44,713 nt of DNA from a virus (IMGVR_UViG_3300032305_001986:1-44713); one strand, 5' to 3'; shown: positions 9,701 through 19,228, counted from the stretch's first letter. Program-made: numbers and translations. Notes: a model not told the origin generated them from the sequence alone.

Positions 9701-10375
9701 CCAGAGGACAGGCCAGCAAAGCGCATTAGCGTGAAGTGGCGCCAAGAACGCAGCTCAACCAACCCCACCAACCCCGGCCTATTCCCCGAGGAACGGGAGG
9801 TACTGGTACGCGAGGCATCGCCACACGGGAGCGACGCGCTGCCAATCGAGTCGATCAATGTGGCGAACTTCTGCACCAACCGCAACCACGCCATTGACGT
9901 GGCGAAGTTTACCCTGAGGATGCGGAGGTTCAGGGATCACACGATCAGATTCAAAACCACATACGACGGAATGGAAGGCATCACTACCGGGGTGGGCCCT
10001 GGGGATCTGATCCGGGTCGCGATGGATGCAACGGTTTACGATCAGTTCAACAATGGCGTTGTGCTGGGCGACGGCACGGTGGTGAGCACCCAGCCCATGG
10101 CTAATGGGACCTATGACGTGGTGAGCTGGGGCGGCAGGGGCACGGTGAACGACGCCGGCACGCTGACGGTCACCAACGGGCAGGGATCGCCCGCCGGGAT
10201 CGTGTTCACGGTGAAGCAGACCAGCACACAGGTTCGGACGTACCAGATCAGCCGAATCACGCCGACTGAGGACGGCGTTTATGACATTGAGGCGGTTCAC
10301 ATGCCGATCAACAACGCAGGCATCCTGCTGGTGGCCGCAGACTGGGATACAGCAGGCGCCTGGGTAATCCAATGA
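6749..10375 (+). CDS. central tail tip / host-specificity protein (gpJ-like)
   Basis: 1208 aa. IGEPIPVIYA near the N-terminus; FTAGNIAEGSF, ISVKWRQE and VGPGDLIRVA near the C-terminus are gpJ-like elements. Confidence 0.8.
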   Translation: MLPSDRYLASLLGLSDEQYEFWRDELSKRAAEAPRPAAVAGVELTVVQIVSLVLAAVSIGVQVISLLLAPTAARRSGSLSQRALLGQGQTNLQALSPRSGFDAVQEVASIGEPIPVIYANRETIGGVTYGGVRVNTTLLWSQIWSLGGSQMLRAVFMVGEGPMASIDPLGFAIGDNSIGTYDLGSSGANNSSARITIYHRPDGGRITEADRVAGRTGANDPGSAGSTDVFQARGVGGTYAAVFSAAGKPSTSTTFGLYQLIGNNLGMKLNPVLRPQVTARLKPRGSSGNNDVVCDVDQTVVVQRQKEAAFFSSRSGVVSGSFALGNSFKYRLDRSSDYETVFQSAAEGGTWVSSFALQSSPKIYEAGTETRITGFDFPARMTVSSVTLGTDQVQVTATFDSATVRTKLIADNAANGQYAISYWIRVANDNQTIESKFDITITIQGGQITFEGDVDEDSGPVELLTSPLRVRSLIVFPVEELDAHSETAADIASTIAGRQKGWDDGLVVGDLYKCGSALAICTNRDPDDQIFVSDSEDGAGGTGITIDADFEVVRAGTAATATSIVIRTNGTVATARQTATSGPHLLRCALGHVATTSECRIAEVGLRSTLGVRVGGLCNFRDTLTLEDIDGRACLFREGDNVKRGKRLNVDSYQSAPVSTTEERYSFFRVSFREFGDGAFTQLAPCFGVRGSTDRPTFNYLSLQMPSLKRWEFRFEPLSGWEIRSSTATGDLVILDAKLSSVVTGTSSSVVWRANGETVTRSRSTFTITAARRDDIGMPQVDDNSYLDAWGKLAEAFVYEEAQSSASNGPEHEIVYVNEIRENTVTPQYTGISLVGANVKSAFEFRQFSQLSVYVTGGVRVRRLLNSLTEGPSHLGPDLALDRLTNAKYGPNSVSDDLIKLSNFQAAAQWCYDRKYFFDGGVVISDEPPRQWIADMAGAMLLDFREVNGQYDLVPFITFGAVTHKALFTAGNIAEGSFQFESIPPEDRPAKRISVKWRQERSSTNPTNPGLFPEEREVLVREASPHGSDALPIESINVANFCTNRNHAIDVAKFTLRMRRFRDHTIRFKTTYDGMEGITTGVGPGDLIRVAMDATVYDQFNNGVVLGDGTVVSTQPMANGTYDVVSWGGRGTVNDAGTLTVTNGQGSPAGIVFTVKQTSTQVRTYQISRITPTEDGVYDIEAVHMPINNAGILLVAADWDTAGAWVIQ

Positions 10376-10758
10376 CGGTTCAGTTTCCCGAGATCCAACC
10401 CACCGGCCACGAGTTCGGCGAACCAGACTGGCCCGTAACCGAGATGAGGTCTCAGAGCGGCGTGCGCAGCGTGCGGCAGTGGGGCAGCCGCGCCAGCGAT
10501 GCACCGATGACACTGGAGTTCAGCAACATCACCCAGGCTGCCTATGCACTGATCAGGGCGGCACACACGGCAGCACGGGGCAAGGTGGACGATGTTGAGT
10601 TCCCCGAGATCGTCGGCAAGAACCTCGTGGACGTGGACTTGCTCAACCCTGGCCCTGGGCTGAAGTGGTACTGGTTTGCGCCACCTGAGGGCAGCCGGGT
10701 GCGGGGGGGCAAGCGGATCAGTTGCCGATGCACATTCAGGGCGGAACTTAGACTCTGA
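10372..10758 (+). CDS. minor tail protein (distal-tail/gpM-like)
   Basis: 128 aa, coupled by ATGA overlap; MTLEFSNIT and KWYWFAPP patterns; synteny. Confidence 0.55.
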   Translation: MTVQFPEIQPTGHEFGEPDWPVTEMRSQSGVRSVRQWGSRASDAPMTLEFSNITQAAYALIRAAHTAARGKVDDVEFPEIVGKNLVDVDLLNPGPGLKWYWFAPPEGSRVRGGKRISCRCTFRAELRL

Positions 10759-10778
10759 GTAAAGGTCGAGGCCGCCTA

Positions 10779-11174
10779 ATGACTGTCGCCAACGGAATTC
10801 ACGGTGAGCTCCGGTTTGGGGGCTCCAAGATCGCCAAGGTAACCAGCGTCAGCATGGAGACCCAGCGGCAGACCCTGGAGACAACCGGCATCGGCGAACT
10901 AGACGACACCTTTAGCTACGGCAAGCGCACCACATCCGGCAGCGCCACCCTGCTCTACAAGACCGATAATCAGACCACGATCAATCTGATGAATCGGATC
11001 TTTGATGATGACGAGACGCCTGATGATCTGGTGATGACGATCTTCAAAGGCGGCAGCAAGGAAGTGTCAGGCCCAGCGCTGATCAACAGCCAGGGCGTGG
11101 CCGTGAGCAAGGGCGACAACACCCAGGTGAGCATTTCATTCGTGATCAACGGCAAGCCTGGCCGTGCGTTCTGA
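10779..11174 (+). CDS. tail tube-like structural protein
   Basis: IAKVTSVSMETQRQTLETTGIG...TTSGSATLLY...SISFVING is the pattern of minimal tube-fold proteins. Confidence 0.6.
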   Translation: MTVANGIHGELRFGGSKIAKVTSVSMETQRQTLETTGIGELDDTFSYGKRTTSGSATLLYKTDNQTTINLMNRIFDDDETPDDLVMTIFKGGSKEVSGPALINSQGVAVSKGDNTQVSISFVINGKPGRAF

Positions 11175-12217
11175 TGGCTGTCGAGGGCCGCAAGGGGATT
11201 GTTCAACTCAGCCGCGAATGGCCAGCCCCCACGGCGCTGGCTGATCAGCGGCTGCAGCGCGGCACCTCGCCATCACTGGATCTGACTGATCTGGCGTTTC
11301 AGTCGGGCGATGAAGTGCTGCTGGTGAGCCTGCGCGGTGTGCCACTGGGCATCGGCACAAGCGGATTCGCGCCATGCCCGGATGGCCATGCGTTCTGGAC
11401 TGGCGGGCAGACCGCCGTGGGCCCTGCACTGGCAGCACGGACTACCGGCGGCACATTCTGGAGCGCCAATCCATCGGCAGCGTTCTGGGAATCAGCAGCA
11501 ACGGTCGGGTTTCAGCAGACCGCCACGGGCTACATCCACCGCGATGAGATGGACGATGTGCGGTTTTACTCCACCGAGCTCGACGCGATCAACGGAGGCA
11601 GCCAGGGCCTTATCCCGCTGCGCAACGTGAGCCCTGGCCCAATGCTGATTCTGCCGGCCTCTAGTCGCTCCGGCTACGTGGCCGCAACGCTGGCCCTGCT
11701 GCAGGCCATTGAGGACGCGGAGATCCCCGATGGTGAGCAACCGGCCCAGAACCTGGCGCCAGTGCCGCAGGCGCTGACCGACACGGCAGCGGATGCGGAG
11801 GAACGCGGCTGGCTGATGCAGTGCGACCTGACCGGTTGGGTGTTTGAGATGGATGCCGCCCAGTTGGACCAAGAAGCAATCGGCCAGGCGTTCGGTGAGT
11901 ACGCCAAAGGTGCCTTGCGCGGCGCTGGATCCTTCAACGGGGAGATGGACCACAGCCGCGTCGCAGGGGAGCAGAGCGGACTGGGAATGCTCCGGCTAAT
12001 GATGCTCACCAGCCAAGGCAGCAAGGCCAAGGCGCGGTTCCAGCTGGTGGATCAGCGAACTAGCAACGTGGCCAGCCACGTGCGAGAGCGGATCTTCTAC
12101 GAAACCGACATCCTGCTGGGCAAGACCGCGGTGAACACCAGCGCCACCGATGTGATTCTGATCTCAGCGCAGTTCGTGGCAACGGGCCGCATCAGGCTGG
12201 CAAAGCAGACTCCATAG
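11174..12217 (+). CDS. virion structural protein with C-terminal tube-like domain
   Basis: 347 aa. The C-terminal half (WVFEMDAAQLDQEAIGQAFGEY...GAGSFNG...AQFVATGRI) resembles a tube fold. Confidence 0.55.
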   Translation: MAVEGRKGIVQLSREWPAPTALADQRLQRGTSPSLDLTDLAFQSGDEVLLVSLRGVPLGIGTSGFAPCPDGHAFWTGGQTAVGPALAARTTGGTFWSANPSAAFWESAATVGFQQTATGYIHRDEMDDVRFYSTELDAINGGSQGLIPLRNVSPGPMLILPASSRSGYVAATLALLQAIEDAEIPDGEQPAQNLAPVPQALTDTAADAEERGWLMQCDLTGWVFEMDAAQLDQEAIGQAFGEYAKGALRGAGSFNGEMDHSRVAGEQSGLGMLRLMMLTSQGSKAKARFQLVDQRTSNVASHVRERIFYETDILLGKTAVNTSATDVILISAQFVATGRIRLAKQTP

Positions 12218-12225
12218 CCTGAGGG
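12210..12225 (+). promoter_or_regulatory. putative late promoter motif
   Basis: CTCCATAGCCTGAGGG; its TAGCCT lies 35 nt before the fibre gene start. Confidence 0.6.
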
Positions 12226-12249
12226 CAGGAATCGAGCCGGCAAGATCAC

Positions 12250-15200
12250 ATGAGCCAGCTGGTGCGGGCAGGCCAAAGCGGGGCCCTTGACGTGGCTGCC
12301 AGCCAGGCGGACGCAAAGGGGCAGGTCGCTGTTCTGATCGACATGCTTCGCCAGCTCGGCGGCAATGCTCGGGTGGTGGCGGGTGCGCTTGCGGTTGCTG
12401 ACCCCCTGAATGCACCGTTCACCCTCTACGTCGATCCCTACATCGGCTCAGACCGATTCGTTGGCGGCGCCTACAACAGCCACGAAGCAGGCGCAACCGA
12501 CGAAGAGGTAATCGCGCAGAAGCTCAGGCGAATCGAGCTGCAGCGACTGGAGTGCGGCTACACCTCGGCCCGGCCCTTTAAGACAATCAACCGCGCTGCA
12601 ATCGAAGCGGCGATCATCACCAGCAAGAACTGGTACACCTTCAGCGATCCACGGGCCCACGTGGACTGCGTAACGATCGTGCTCAGCGGTGGCGTCCACA
12701 TCGCCCTGAACGATCCCGGCAGCGGATCTACCAGCCTGGCCAGCTGGGGCACGGCAAAGGACCCGACCCCGGCCGAGCTGATCGCATTCAATCCCTCGAC
12801 TGGTGGCGTGCTGATGCCCCGTGGGTGCTCAATGCGCGGACTGGACCTGCGCAAGACCACCATCCGCCCGAGCTGGGTTCCCGCGTTTGCGGATGAGGCG
12901 GCGGACTACAGCAACCGGCGGGCCATTGTGAAGATTTCCGGCACGGGATTCTTCTTTGACTTCACCGTGATGGACAAGATTGGACACACCGAATCTGTCC
13001 ACCTTCTGGATCCCTCCCAGCCGGCCAGCAAGGCCGAGCTTGATACGTTCTACGCCAAGATCCAATCCACGGTCGGGGCCGGCGCCAATCTGGGCAGCGC
13101 CCTGCTGGCGGCCCGTGCCAGTGAGTATGAGATCGTCGGCCCGATTGATCAGACCCAGGCGCCCTCCAGCGCGTGGGATACCACCAGAGGCGCCTCTCCG
13201 TACATCTTTAATGTGTCGGTACGCTCCGACTACGGCATGGGCGGCGCGTTCTGGGATGGCGCCAAGCTCAGCGGCCTGAAGTCCATGGTTTGCGCCAACT
13301 TTACTGGCACCAACCAGCAGAAGGACTTGCGCTGTTGGCAGGTGTATCAAGGCGGAAACTGGGTAAACCTGGCCAACACCACGGAAGGTTATCAGGCATA
13401 CATCGATGCCGACCCGGACAACTTGCGCCGCGATCCTGCACGCCAGACCCGGCACATTTCGGCAATTAACAACGCCTACATCCAAAAGGTTTCGATCTTC
13501 GGGATTGGCCAGTCTGAAGTCACGATGGTGGACTCCGGCGGGGAGATCACCGACAACGGCGGTAATTCCACGTTCGGCGGATGCTCTGCCCTCGCCAAGG
13601 GTTACAAGGGCTTTGCATTTGGCAAGGACAAGAACTGGGCGGTTAGCCGGGTGCGGGTGCCGCTGAACCTCAGCGAGAAAACATCCAACATTCGCCGCAT
13701 TGAACTGGGCGTGATAGCCGCCGTAAGCAGCTCGGCGATCACGCTAACCAACGGCCTGGCAATCGACCCGAGCAGCGCCAGCAATCCGGCGGTGTTGCAA
13801 TCGCTGGGCTATTCGCTGGCCTCAGGCACTCGGATCTGGATCGACAACCCCGCTGGCGCTGACTGGCGGGCAACGCTAAGCAGCAGCGCCTGGAGCAGTT
13901 CCAGCCCCGCGAGTATTGGCATCACCGCCGCCCCACTGCAGGCCGGCACCAATGAAGCGCCGGGTAATGACGTGGTGGGCCGCCGGGTCTACATCCGCCG
14001 CGTGGTGGACACCCGCACTGTGGCCGAGCGGCGCTGCAGCCTGATCCTCAACAACACGGCAAGCGCCAGGCTGCCGCAGCGCAACCAAGCGCTTCAGACC
14101 GACCCGGCCCGCAGTGGCGGAGCGATCGGCCGCCTGCTGGCCGGCGGCGGAGAGGAAGTGCTGCTGGTGACCGCATCCGGCACCGGGCCACTGCCGGGTT
14201 CTGGCGTACTGCGAACCGGTGAGATCACCATCCGCCGTGGCGCCGCGTCGAAAACCTACGCCTCGGGCACGTACTACCGCCAAGGAACGGTGGTGAAACA
14301 TGCCGGCAAACACTGGCAGGCCACGCGCACGTTCACTAGCTCCGGCTCATCGCCCGATCCGGCCTTCTGGGGCGAAACGTTCGTTCACATGCCGAGCGAC
14401 TTCAACCCTGAGGATTCAATCAGCCAAGAGGCGCCGATCTTGGTGCTCGACACCGACACCAGCGACGTTGACGATTCGACCACCTTGGGCATCAACTGGG
14501 CCACAATCTGGACCAACGCCGGCCCCGTGCGCGACCAGTACCGCAGCGCCACGGACTACCTAGGCGCCTATGCCTTGCTGAGGGCGCTGGGGTTCACCGA
14601 TGCTGCAGCCCATGCCGCGCTGGTGCCACGGACTGCCGCAACCCGTGACCGCGACCCCAGCAGCGCAACGGACTTCCCGACCGCGCCTTCTGGTGGTGCT
14701 GCAACGGGATTGGGGAATTGGGCGGTGGAGTTCCGCAGGCCCAGCACGATCCGGCTTTATAACCATCAATGGGAATGGGCGGGTTTTGGTAACTACTCCA
14801 GGGCCATGCCTGCAGTGCAGGGCGATATGTCGGAGTTCAACAGATTTACCTATTATTTCACCTCCGCAGCGGGCGGTCGAGTAACACCTAAGGGCAGCAA
14901 TGAAGACGGATTCGAGGTAACACCTAAGGGCCTCGAAGACATCGCCACGGGCGCCACGATCAGCCCTGAATCACTTGGCGGCCAGACGCTCGATGAGGCG
15001 CAGCGGACCGACTTCCCAAATGGCATTCAGGTAGGCGCTACTGCCCAGCTGCAGGACGTGGTGATCACTGGCACCGCCGAGTTCGGCAGCCAAGCGCAGG
15101 CCAAGACTACCAGGGCTGGCGCTACCAGGCTGGCCAGCATCGCGCAACTGACCGCCACTGGCAGCAATGCCATTGTTGCCAGTACGGACGCGGCGCTGGA

Positions 15201-17064
15201 AGGTGCGCCTGAGGCGGTGACAATTGGCGGCCTCAACCGCTGGCGCCAAGCGCAACGCCTGATCTCGGCCGCTACCGGCACGATCACGATCTATGTGCAG
15301 AGCACTGCGACGGATCGGAACCTTGATCAGATGTTCGACACCCCGCCAACTACTCCGGCAACTGCCATTCCGACCCTGGCGCGGGCCGCAGAGTACGCCA
15401 ATGCCGTGATTGGCGCTGGCAACCAGACCGCTGAGATCAGGATTGCGCCGGGGCTTTACGATCCTGCTTCGGTGTGGGAGTGTAATGTGCAGTTCCGCGC
15501 TAGTGACCCAACGCAAACCGATTGGCCACTAATTTTTGACTCAAATATCAATGACAATCATTTTGACGGCTCAGGTTATGGCGATTTAACCACAAGGGTA
15601 AACTTTAAAACGTTTACGCTGCAACTACGCGACAATGCAGACGCTGGCAACACATTGCACATAAACGTTATTGCCCGTCAAATTCGCTGCCGCCGCGGCC
15701 TTGATTATTTGGGCGGCATTCACCATTTAGGGGTGCCGGAGCTCATCAAGCTGGTGGCTGAAGGCTCGCTTCCCGTTGCTAGCTTTCTATTCAGCAGTAT
15801 TGCGCTTCCCAGCGGGGCATTCACTACTAACACTGCTACGAACGTTGATACGTTGCTTAATCAGCTACGAATTAGCAATAGTCGGATTTCTAATTATGAC
15901 GCTTGGACCTCAAATGCAGCAATCCGGCTGGAGGGCAGCGCCACCGATGTAGTCAACCTGCGTCATACCCTATTTGGCCCAGCCCTGCCATCGCACAAGG
16001 AATCAATAGGCGCTCTACGCGATCCGTATATTGCCACCAATGGCCTAGTGACGCTACGGCTTAGCAATATCTACCTGCGCGGGAATACGACCATCACCAG
16101 CGCTGGCATGGGGGTTACCAATGCCGTGCCGTTGTCTGGTGACGCTCATTATGGCTCGGCGCCGGTTGCGGCGCCGTGGACGTGGCGCCAGTTCCACCAC
16201 ACGTTCTTGGGATCAATCGGCAACGAGCCGGTGTCCATTGATCAAATGGGCGACCGGCAGTCATACAGTCAGACGACCGAAACGAGCACCCGTTCCTACT
16301 ACAAAACCGTAGACGGAACTAGGTACTTGCCTAATCATATTCATCTACTGGATTCAAGTGGCGCCGAGCCATCTGATAATAACTCTGGGCCGTTTCTGGA
16401 TCAATTTATTCACGCTAAGCGCAGCATAGTTGTCCGTGTTTCGTTTGAAACTCCATCCTCCGGGTCTTCGACTGGTCCCGTATCTCAGGGTTTCGTCGGG
16501 CGGTTTGGCTCTAACGGTTACAACGCCGCAAAAACGCGTGGGGTGTTGCTAGGCAACGATGGAATAATAGACCAGGAGCGTGGGACGACGGTGTTTTTAG
16601 GATTCAGGTGTCGCCTTGCGACGCCTGCCGACAACACAGCGCTAAGCATCTTTAAGGTTGCTGGACTTAGTGCCGCGCAGACAACTGAGATCCTGCCTAA
16701 ATACGGGATTGACGTTAACTCTGCAGCGGCTGGTGTTACCTATCAAATCCTGTCGCTGGGGAGCACGACTCAGGCCAACTGGAACACGCTGGCCGGAACA
16801 TCGGGCCTTACCTATGCAGTCGGCAACAGGATCACGGCAGCGGTGAATGGCTCGACACTGGCCGATACAACCGGCCTAGTCGAGCCATCCTATGGAGAGC
16901 CTCACCCACTTGGCACATCCACCAAACGTTACAACCCCGTGATCACCACTGCCGCCCTGAACCAGGCCGATGGCACGTTCTTCCTGAATGTGGGCCTGCG
17001 CTCCTACGCCCGGGGCATCAGCCCTGAGCACGGGTTCAACATCAACCCTAACGTCGTGCTCTGA
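12250..17064 (+). CDS. large tail fibre / receptor-binding protein
   Basis: 1604 aa, Gly/Ser/Thr-rich. Two TLYVDP/TIYVQ...PFKTI/IPTL-RAA starts of beta-helix-like domains, and a CBM5/12-like segment YASGTYYRQGTVVKHAGKHWQA. Last large gene of the tail module. Confidence 0.75.
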   Translation: MSQLVRAGQSGALDVAASQADAKGQVAVLIDMLRQLGGNARVVAGALAVADPLNAPFTLYVDPYIGSDRFVGGAYNSHEAGATDEEVIAQKLRRIELQRLECGYTSARPFKTINRAAIEAAIITSKNWYTFSDPRAHVDCVTIVLSGGVHIALNDPGSGSTSLASWGTAKDPTPAELIAFNPSTGGVLMPRGCSMRGLDLRKTTIRPSWVPAFADEAADYSNRRAIVKISGTGFFFDFTVMDKIGHTESVHLLDPSQPASKAELDTFYAKIQSTVGAGANLGSALLAARASEYEIVGPIDQTQAPSSAWDTTRGASPYIFNVSVRSDYGMGGAFWDGAKLSGLKSMVCANFTGTNQQKDLRCWQVYQGGNWVNLANTTEGYQAYIDADPDNLRRDPARQTRHISAINNAYIQKVSIFGIGQSEVTMVDSGGEITDNGGNSTFGGCSALAKGYKGFAFGKDKNWAVSRVRVPLNLSEKTSNIRRIELGVIAAVSSSAITLTNGLAIDPSSASNPAVLQSLGYSLASGTRIWIDNPAGADWRATLSSSAWSSSSPASIGITAAPLQAGTNEAPGNDVVGRRVYIRRVVDTRTVAERRCSLILNNTASARLPQRNQALQTDPARSGGAIGRLLAGGGEEVLLVTASGTGPLPGSGVLRTGEITIRRGAASKTYASGTYYRQGTVVKHAGKHWQATRTFTSSGSSPDPAFWGETFVHMPSDFNPEDSISQEAPILVLDTDTSDVDDSTTLGINWATIWTNAGPVRDQYRSATDYLGAYALLRALGFTDAAAHAALVPRTAATRDRDPSSATDFPTAPSGGAATGLGNWAVEFRRPSTIRLYNHQWEWAGFGNYSRAMPAVQGDMSEFNRFTYYFTSAAGGRVTPKGSNEDGFEVTPKGLEDIATGATISPESLGGQTLDEAQRTDFPNGIQVGATAQLQDVVITGTAEFGSQAQAKTTRAGATRLASIAQLTATGSNAIVASTDAALEGAPEAVTIGGLNRWRQAQRLISAATGTITIYVQSTATDRNLDQMFDTPPTTPATAIPTLARAAEYANAVIGAGNQTAEIRIAPGLYDPASVWECNVQFRASDPTQTDWPLIFDSNINDNHFDGSGYGDLTTRVNFKTFTLQLRDNADAGNTLHINVIARQIRCRRGLDYLGGIHHLGVPELIKLVAEGSLPVASFLFSSIALPSGAFTTNTATNVDTLLNQLRISNSRISNYDAWTSNAAIRLEGSATDVVNLRHTLFGPALPSHKESIGALRDPYIATNGLVTLRLSNIYLRGNTTITSAGMGVTNAVPLSGDAHYGSAPVAAPWTWRQFHHTFLGSIGNEPVSIDQMGDRQSYSQTTETSTRSYYKTVDGTRYLPNHIHLLDSSGAEPSDNNSGPFLDQFIHAKRSIVVRVSFETPSSGSSTGPVSQGFVGRFGSNGYNAAKTRGVLLGNDGIIDQERGTTVFLGFRCRLATPADNTALSIFKVAGLSAAQTTEILPKYGIDVNSAAAGVTYQILSLGSTTQANWNTLAGTSGLTYAVGNRITAAVNGSTLADTTGLVEPSYGEPHPLGTSTKRYNPVITTAALNQADGTFFLNVGLRSYARGISPEHGFNINPNVVL

Positions 17065-17066
17065 TC

Positions 17067-17225
17067 ATGCTTCCCTCCGATCCTGGCTACATCCCGGCCG
17101 CCGAAGATGAGCGGGTGTTGGCAATCCCGCTGTATCAGTGGCTGCTCGGCATGAACACAGACCCCTACGCCGCCCATTCGCGTGACGAGGGCCTGATTCA
17201 GGCCATCGAGGAATCACTGCGCTGA
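17067..17225 (+). CDS. small hypothetical protein (52 aa), possible fibre-associated chaperone
   Basis: MLPSDPGYIPAAEDERVLAIPLYQWLLG...EESLR*, 2 nt after the fibre stop. Not in the ORF track. Confidence 0.55.
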   Translation: MLPSDPGYIPAAEDERVLAIPLYQWLLGMNTDPYAAHSRDEGLIQAIEESLR

Positions 17226-17275
17226 TCCGTCCGGCCAGGGCCCCTCATCAGACTGAGGCAGCAGTCGCCGCACCC

Positions 17276-17467
17276 GTGGGTCCAGAGATCGTTATCGCCG
17301 CTCTCGGCCTATGCGGCGCAGGGGTTACGGCCCTATGGAAAATCGCCAACGGACTGGGGCGATTCGAGGCCAGAACCACCACCATCCTTGGAGGGATTCA
17401 GGAGATGCTGCGAGACCACGAGGAACGGCTGCGAGGTGTTGAGCGGCGGACGGAGCCAGATCGATGA
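17276..17467 (+). CDS. small membrane protein, putative holin/lysis protein
   Basis: N-terminal hydrophobic helix plus charged coiled-coil (DHEERLRGVE); upstream of the endolysin. Confidence 0.55.
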   Translation: MGPEIVIAALGLCGAGVTALWKIANGLGRFEARTTTILGGIQEMLRDHEERLRGVERRTEPDR

Positions 17468-17754
17468 AACCGGACGTGAACCGCCAAGCGCCTGCATGGC
17501 TCGGTGCTGCAGCGGCAGGGCTCGCAGTCGCCGGGGGGATCGGATTCATCGTGGACTGCCGCCGCGCTGGTGGTGATGTGGAGCGCTGTTGGATGACGGG
17601 GCAGACCATGATCAGCCGCGCATCAGACATGGCCCTAGGTGGTGCCGTGGGCGGTGTCGTTGGGTTCTGGACCAAGAACCCGGCACTGCACCGCCGCGAG
17701 GACGGTAACACCTCTCCCAAGGCTCGCAGGGCACCCACTGACCCCGACGCATGA
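17464..17754 (+). CDS. membrane protein of the lysis cassette
   Basis: 96 aa with two hydrophobic stretches; ATGA overlap coupling. Confidence 0.55.
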   Translation: MKPDVNRQAPAWLGAAAAGLAVAGGIGFIVDCRRAGGDVERCWMTGQTMISRASDMALGGAVGGVVGFWTKNPALHRREDGNTSPKARRAPTDPDA

Positions 17755-17906
17755 ACCACCTCCACCTAAACGCTGATCTGCTGGCGGGGCTGGCGGTGTG
17801 GTTGTTCACCACCGGATTTTCTGAATTGGTGGTGAAGCCCCTCTGGCGCCGGCTCTACCGCCGCGCTGATCAGTCCCTCTCTGACCGCCTGCCTGATCTC
17901 CGATGA
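17751..17906 (+). CDS. small membrane protein (51 aa) of the lysis cassette
   Basis: MNHLHLNADLLAGLAVWLFTTGFSELVVKPLWRRLYRR...PDLR*, with ATGA overlaps at both ends. Not in the ORF track. Confidence 0.6.
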   Translation: MNHLHLNADLLAGLAVWLFTTGFSELVVKPLWRRLYRRADQSLSDRLPDLR

Positions 17907-19228
17907 CATTCGCCACCTTCCGCGCCGCCGCTGAACACGTCGCCCGCGCTGGCACCATGACCCCGCACCAGCTGGCCGCCTGGGAGGCCGCATGGGAGCG
18001 GGCGACCACTGAGCAGCGGCAGGCGTTCACCGAGGGCTGGCGGGCCCAGGGGAGTCCTGCGGCGCCGGCGCCGGCTCCGGTGGGTGCAGGCGAGCTGGCC
18101 AACCTTCAGTCATGGCTGACATTCCTGACGGGGCCCGAGGTTTCGCGCCTCAGTCGAAACAAGATCAGTCCGCTGACCGTAGCTGAAGCGTGCGGCTTCA
18201 TTGGCTGCATCATCGTCGAAACGGGCCGCCCCATGCTCGACAAGCTCGACGTGGTGGAAGCAGGCAGCGGCGCCGGCCGGGGCGCGATGCAATACACCGG
18301 AGTGCGGCGAACCGCCTACGACAAGGCGCGGTCTGCGGCCGTCGCTAAGGGTCTCGATCCGAACAGCAACAGCTGGCAGCAGCAGTATTTCGCGGAGGAG
18401 TACGCCGGCCTGCACGATCCATCGCAAGGTTCGCTGATCGGGTGGACGCGGGTGTTCGAGGATCGGCCGCTGAACATGACGCCGGCACAGGCTGCTGAAT
18501 ACTGGACCGGTTCAGCTGCCACCAGAACCGGGTACTTCCGCCCCGGTGTGCCGCACCTTGACCGGCGCCAGGCCGAGGCGCAGCGTGTTTGGGGGCTGGC
18601 GCAATCCGGGCGGCTGTTGGCCACACAGCAACGGCCGCCGCTGCAACAGCAGAGCGCCCCAGCCCCGACCCCAGCAGAGCGCCGGCAGTGGGTGACCCAG
18701 ATCAAAGCGCTCAACCTCAGCCAGCCCGATGCCTCCACCTGTCAGGCCGCCTGCATCGGCATGGCCGTTGGTGATCGGGACGTGGCCGGGATCCGCCGCA
18801 GGTTGGTGGCCAGAGGAAGCGCCGGCAGTACAACGGTGATGGCATCGGTCATCCGGGAATACGGCCGGCCCTACGCCTTGGACCAGAACGCCTCGCTGGC
18901 CAAGTGCCGCGAGTGGCTGAAGGCTGGCGAGTTTCTCATCACCCATGGACATTTCACCGGCTCCGGCCACGTGATCTGCCTGGATGGGCTCCAACTTGTA
19001 AGCAGCGCTTACAGGTTGGACGTGAAGGACCCCTGGAGCGAGTTCAACGCGGCGAGCTGGCGCTACGACCTGGGCGGCAAGTTCTTCGACGGGTTCTACA
19101 GCGAACTGCTGATCTACGCCACCTGCGTGGCCAGCACCAGCGTGGGAGCTGCGCAGTCGATCTACCGCCAGGGACGGGTGGATGCGAACCGCGGCGGGAT
19201 GTGGGTTCACCGGTTCCTTACGAGCTGA
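17903..19228 (+). CDS. modular endolysin: lysozyme-like domain plus C39-like peptidase domain
   Basis: GFIGCIIVETG...GRGAMQYTGVRR (phage tail lysozyme-like), a Pro/Gln linker, then LSQPDASTCQAAC...GHVICLDG...KDPW (papain-like Cys/His/Asp of C39). Confidence 0.75.
   Translation: MTFATFRAAAEHVARAGTMTPHQLAAWEAAWERATTEQRQAFTEGWRAQGSPAAPAPAPVGAGELANLQSWLTFLTGPEVSRLSRNKISPLTVAEACGFIGCIIVETGRPMLDKLDVVEAGSGAGRGAMQYTGVRRTAYDKARSAAVAKGLDPNSNSWQQQYFAEEYAGLHDPSQGSLIGWTRVFEDRPLNMTPAQAAEYWTGSAATRTGYFRPGVPHLDRRQAEAQRVWGLAQSGRLLATQQRPPLQQQSAPAPTPAERRQWVTQIKALNLSQPDASTCQAACIGMAVGDRDVAGIRRRLVARGSAGSTTVMASVIREYGRPYALDQNASLAKCREWLKAGEFLITHGHFTGSGHVICLDGLQLVSSAYRLDVKDPWSEFNAASWRYDLGGKFFDGFYSELLIYATCVASTSVGAAQSIYRQGRVDANRGGMWVHRFLTS

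Noticed and set aside
14881-14931. 15-bp direct repeat GTAACACCTAAGGGC in the fibre gene
   Set aside because: It encodes VTPKG twice in frame; a local coding duplication with no sign of a mobile element between the copies.
12250-17064. Diversity-generating retroelement or invertible tail-fibre switch
   Set aside because: No reverse transcriptase ORF, no template/variable repeat pair and no inverted fibre cassettes were seen. The only recombinase has integrase architecture.
17067-17081. Shared MLPSD N-terminus between the 52-aa ORF and the gpJ-like protein (6749)
   Set aside because: Only five residues match, the codons differ and similarity does not continue; probably chance.
18904-19227. 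Long N-terminal extension of the HNH ORF (likewise 38355-38891 before the RHH gene and 24229-24288)
   Set aside because: These extensions overlap real genes and read as non-protein-like. Downstream starts with stop/start coupling or a promoter fit better.
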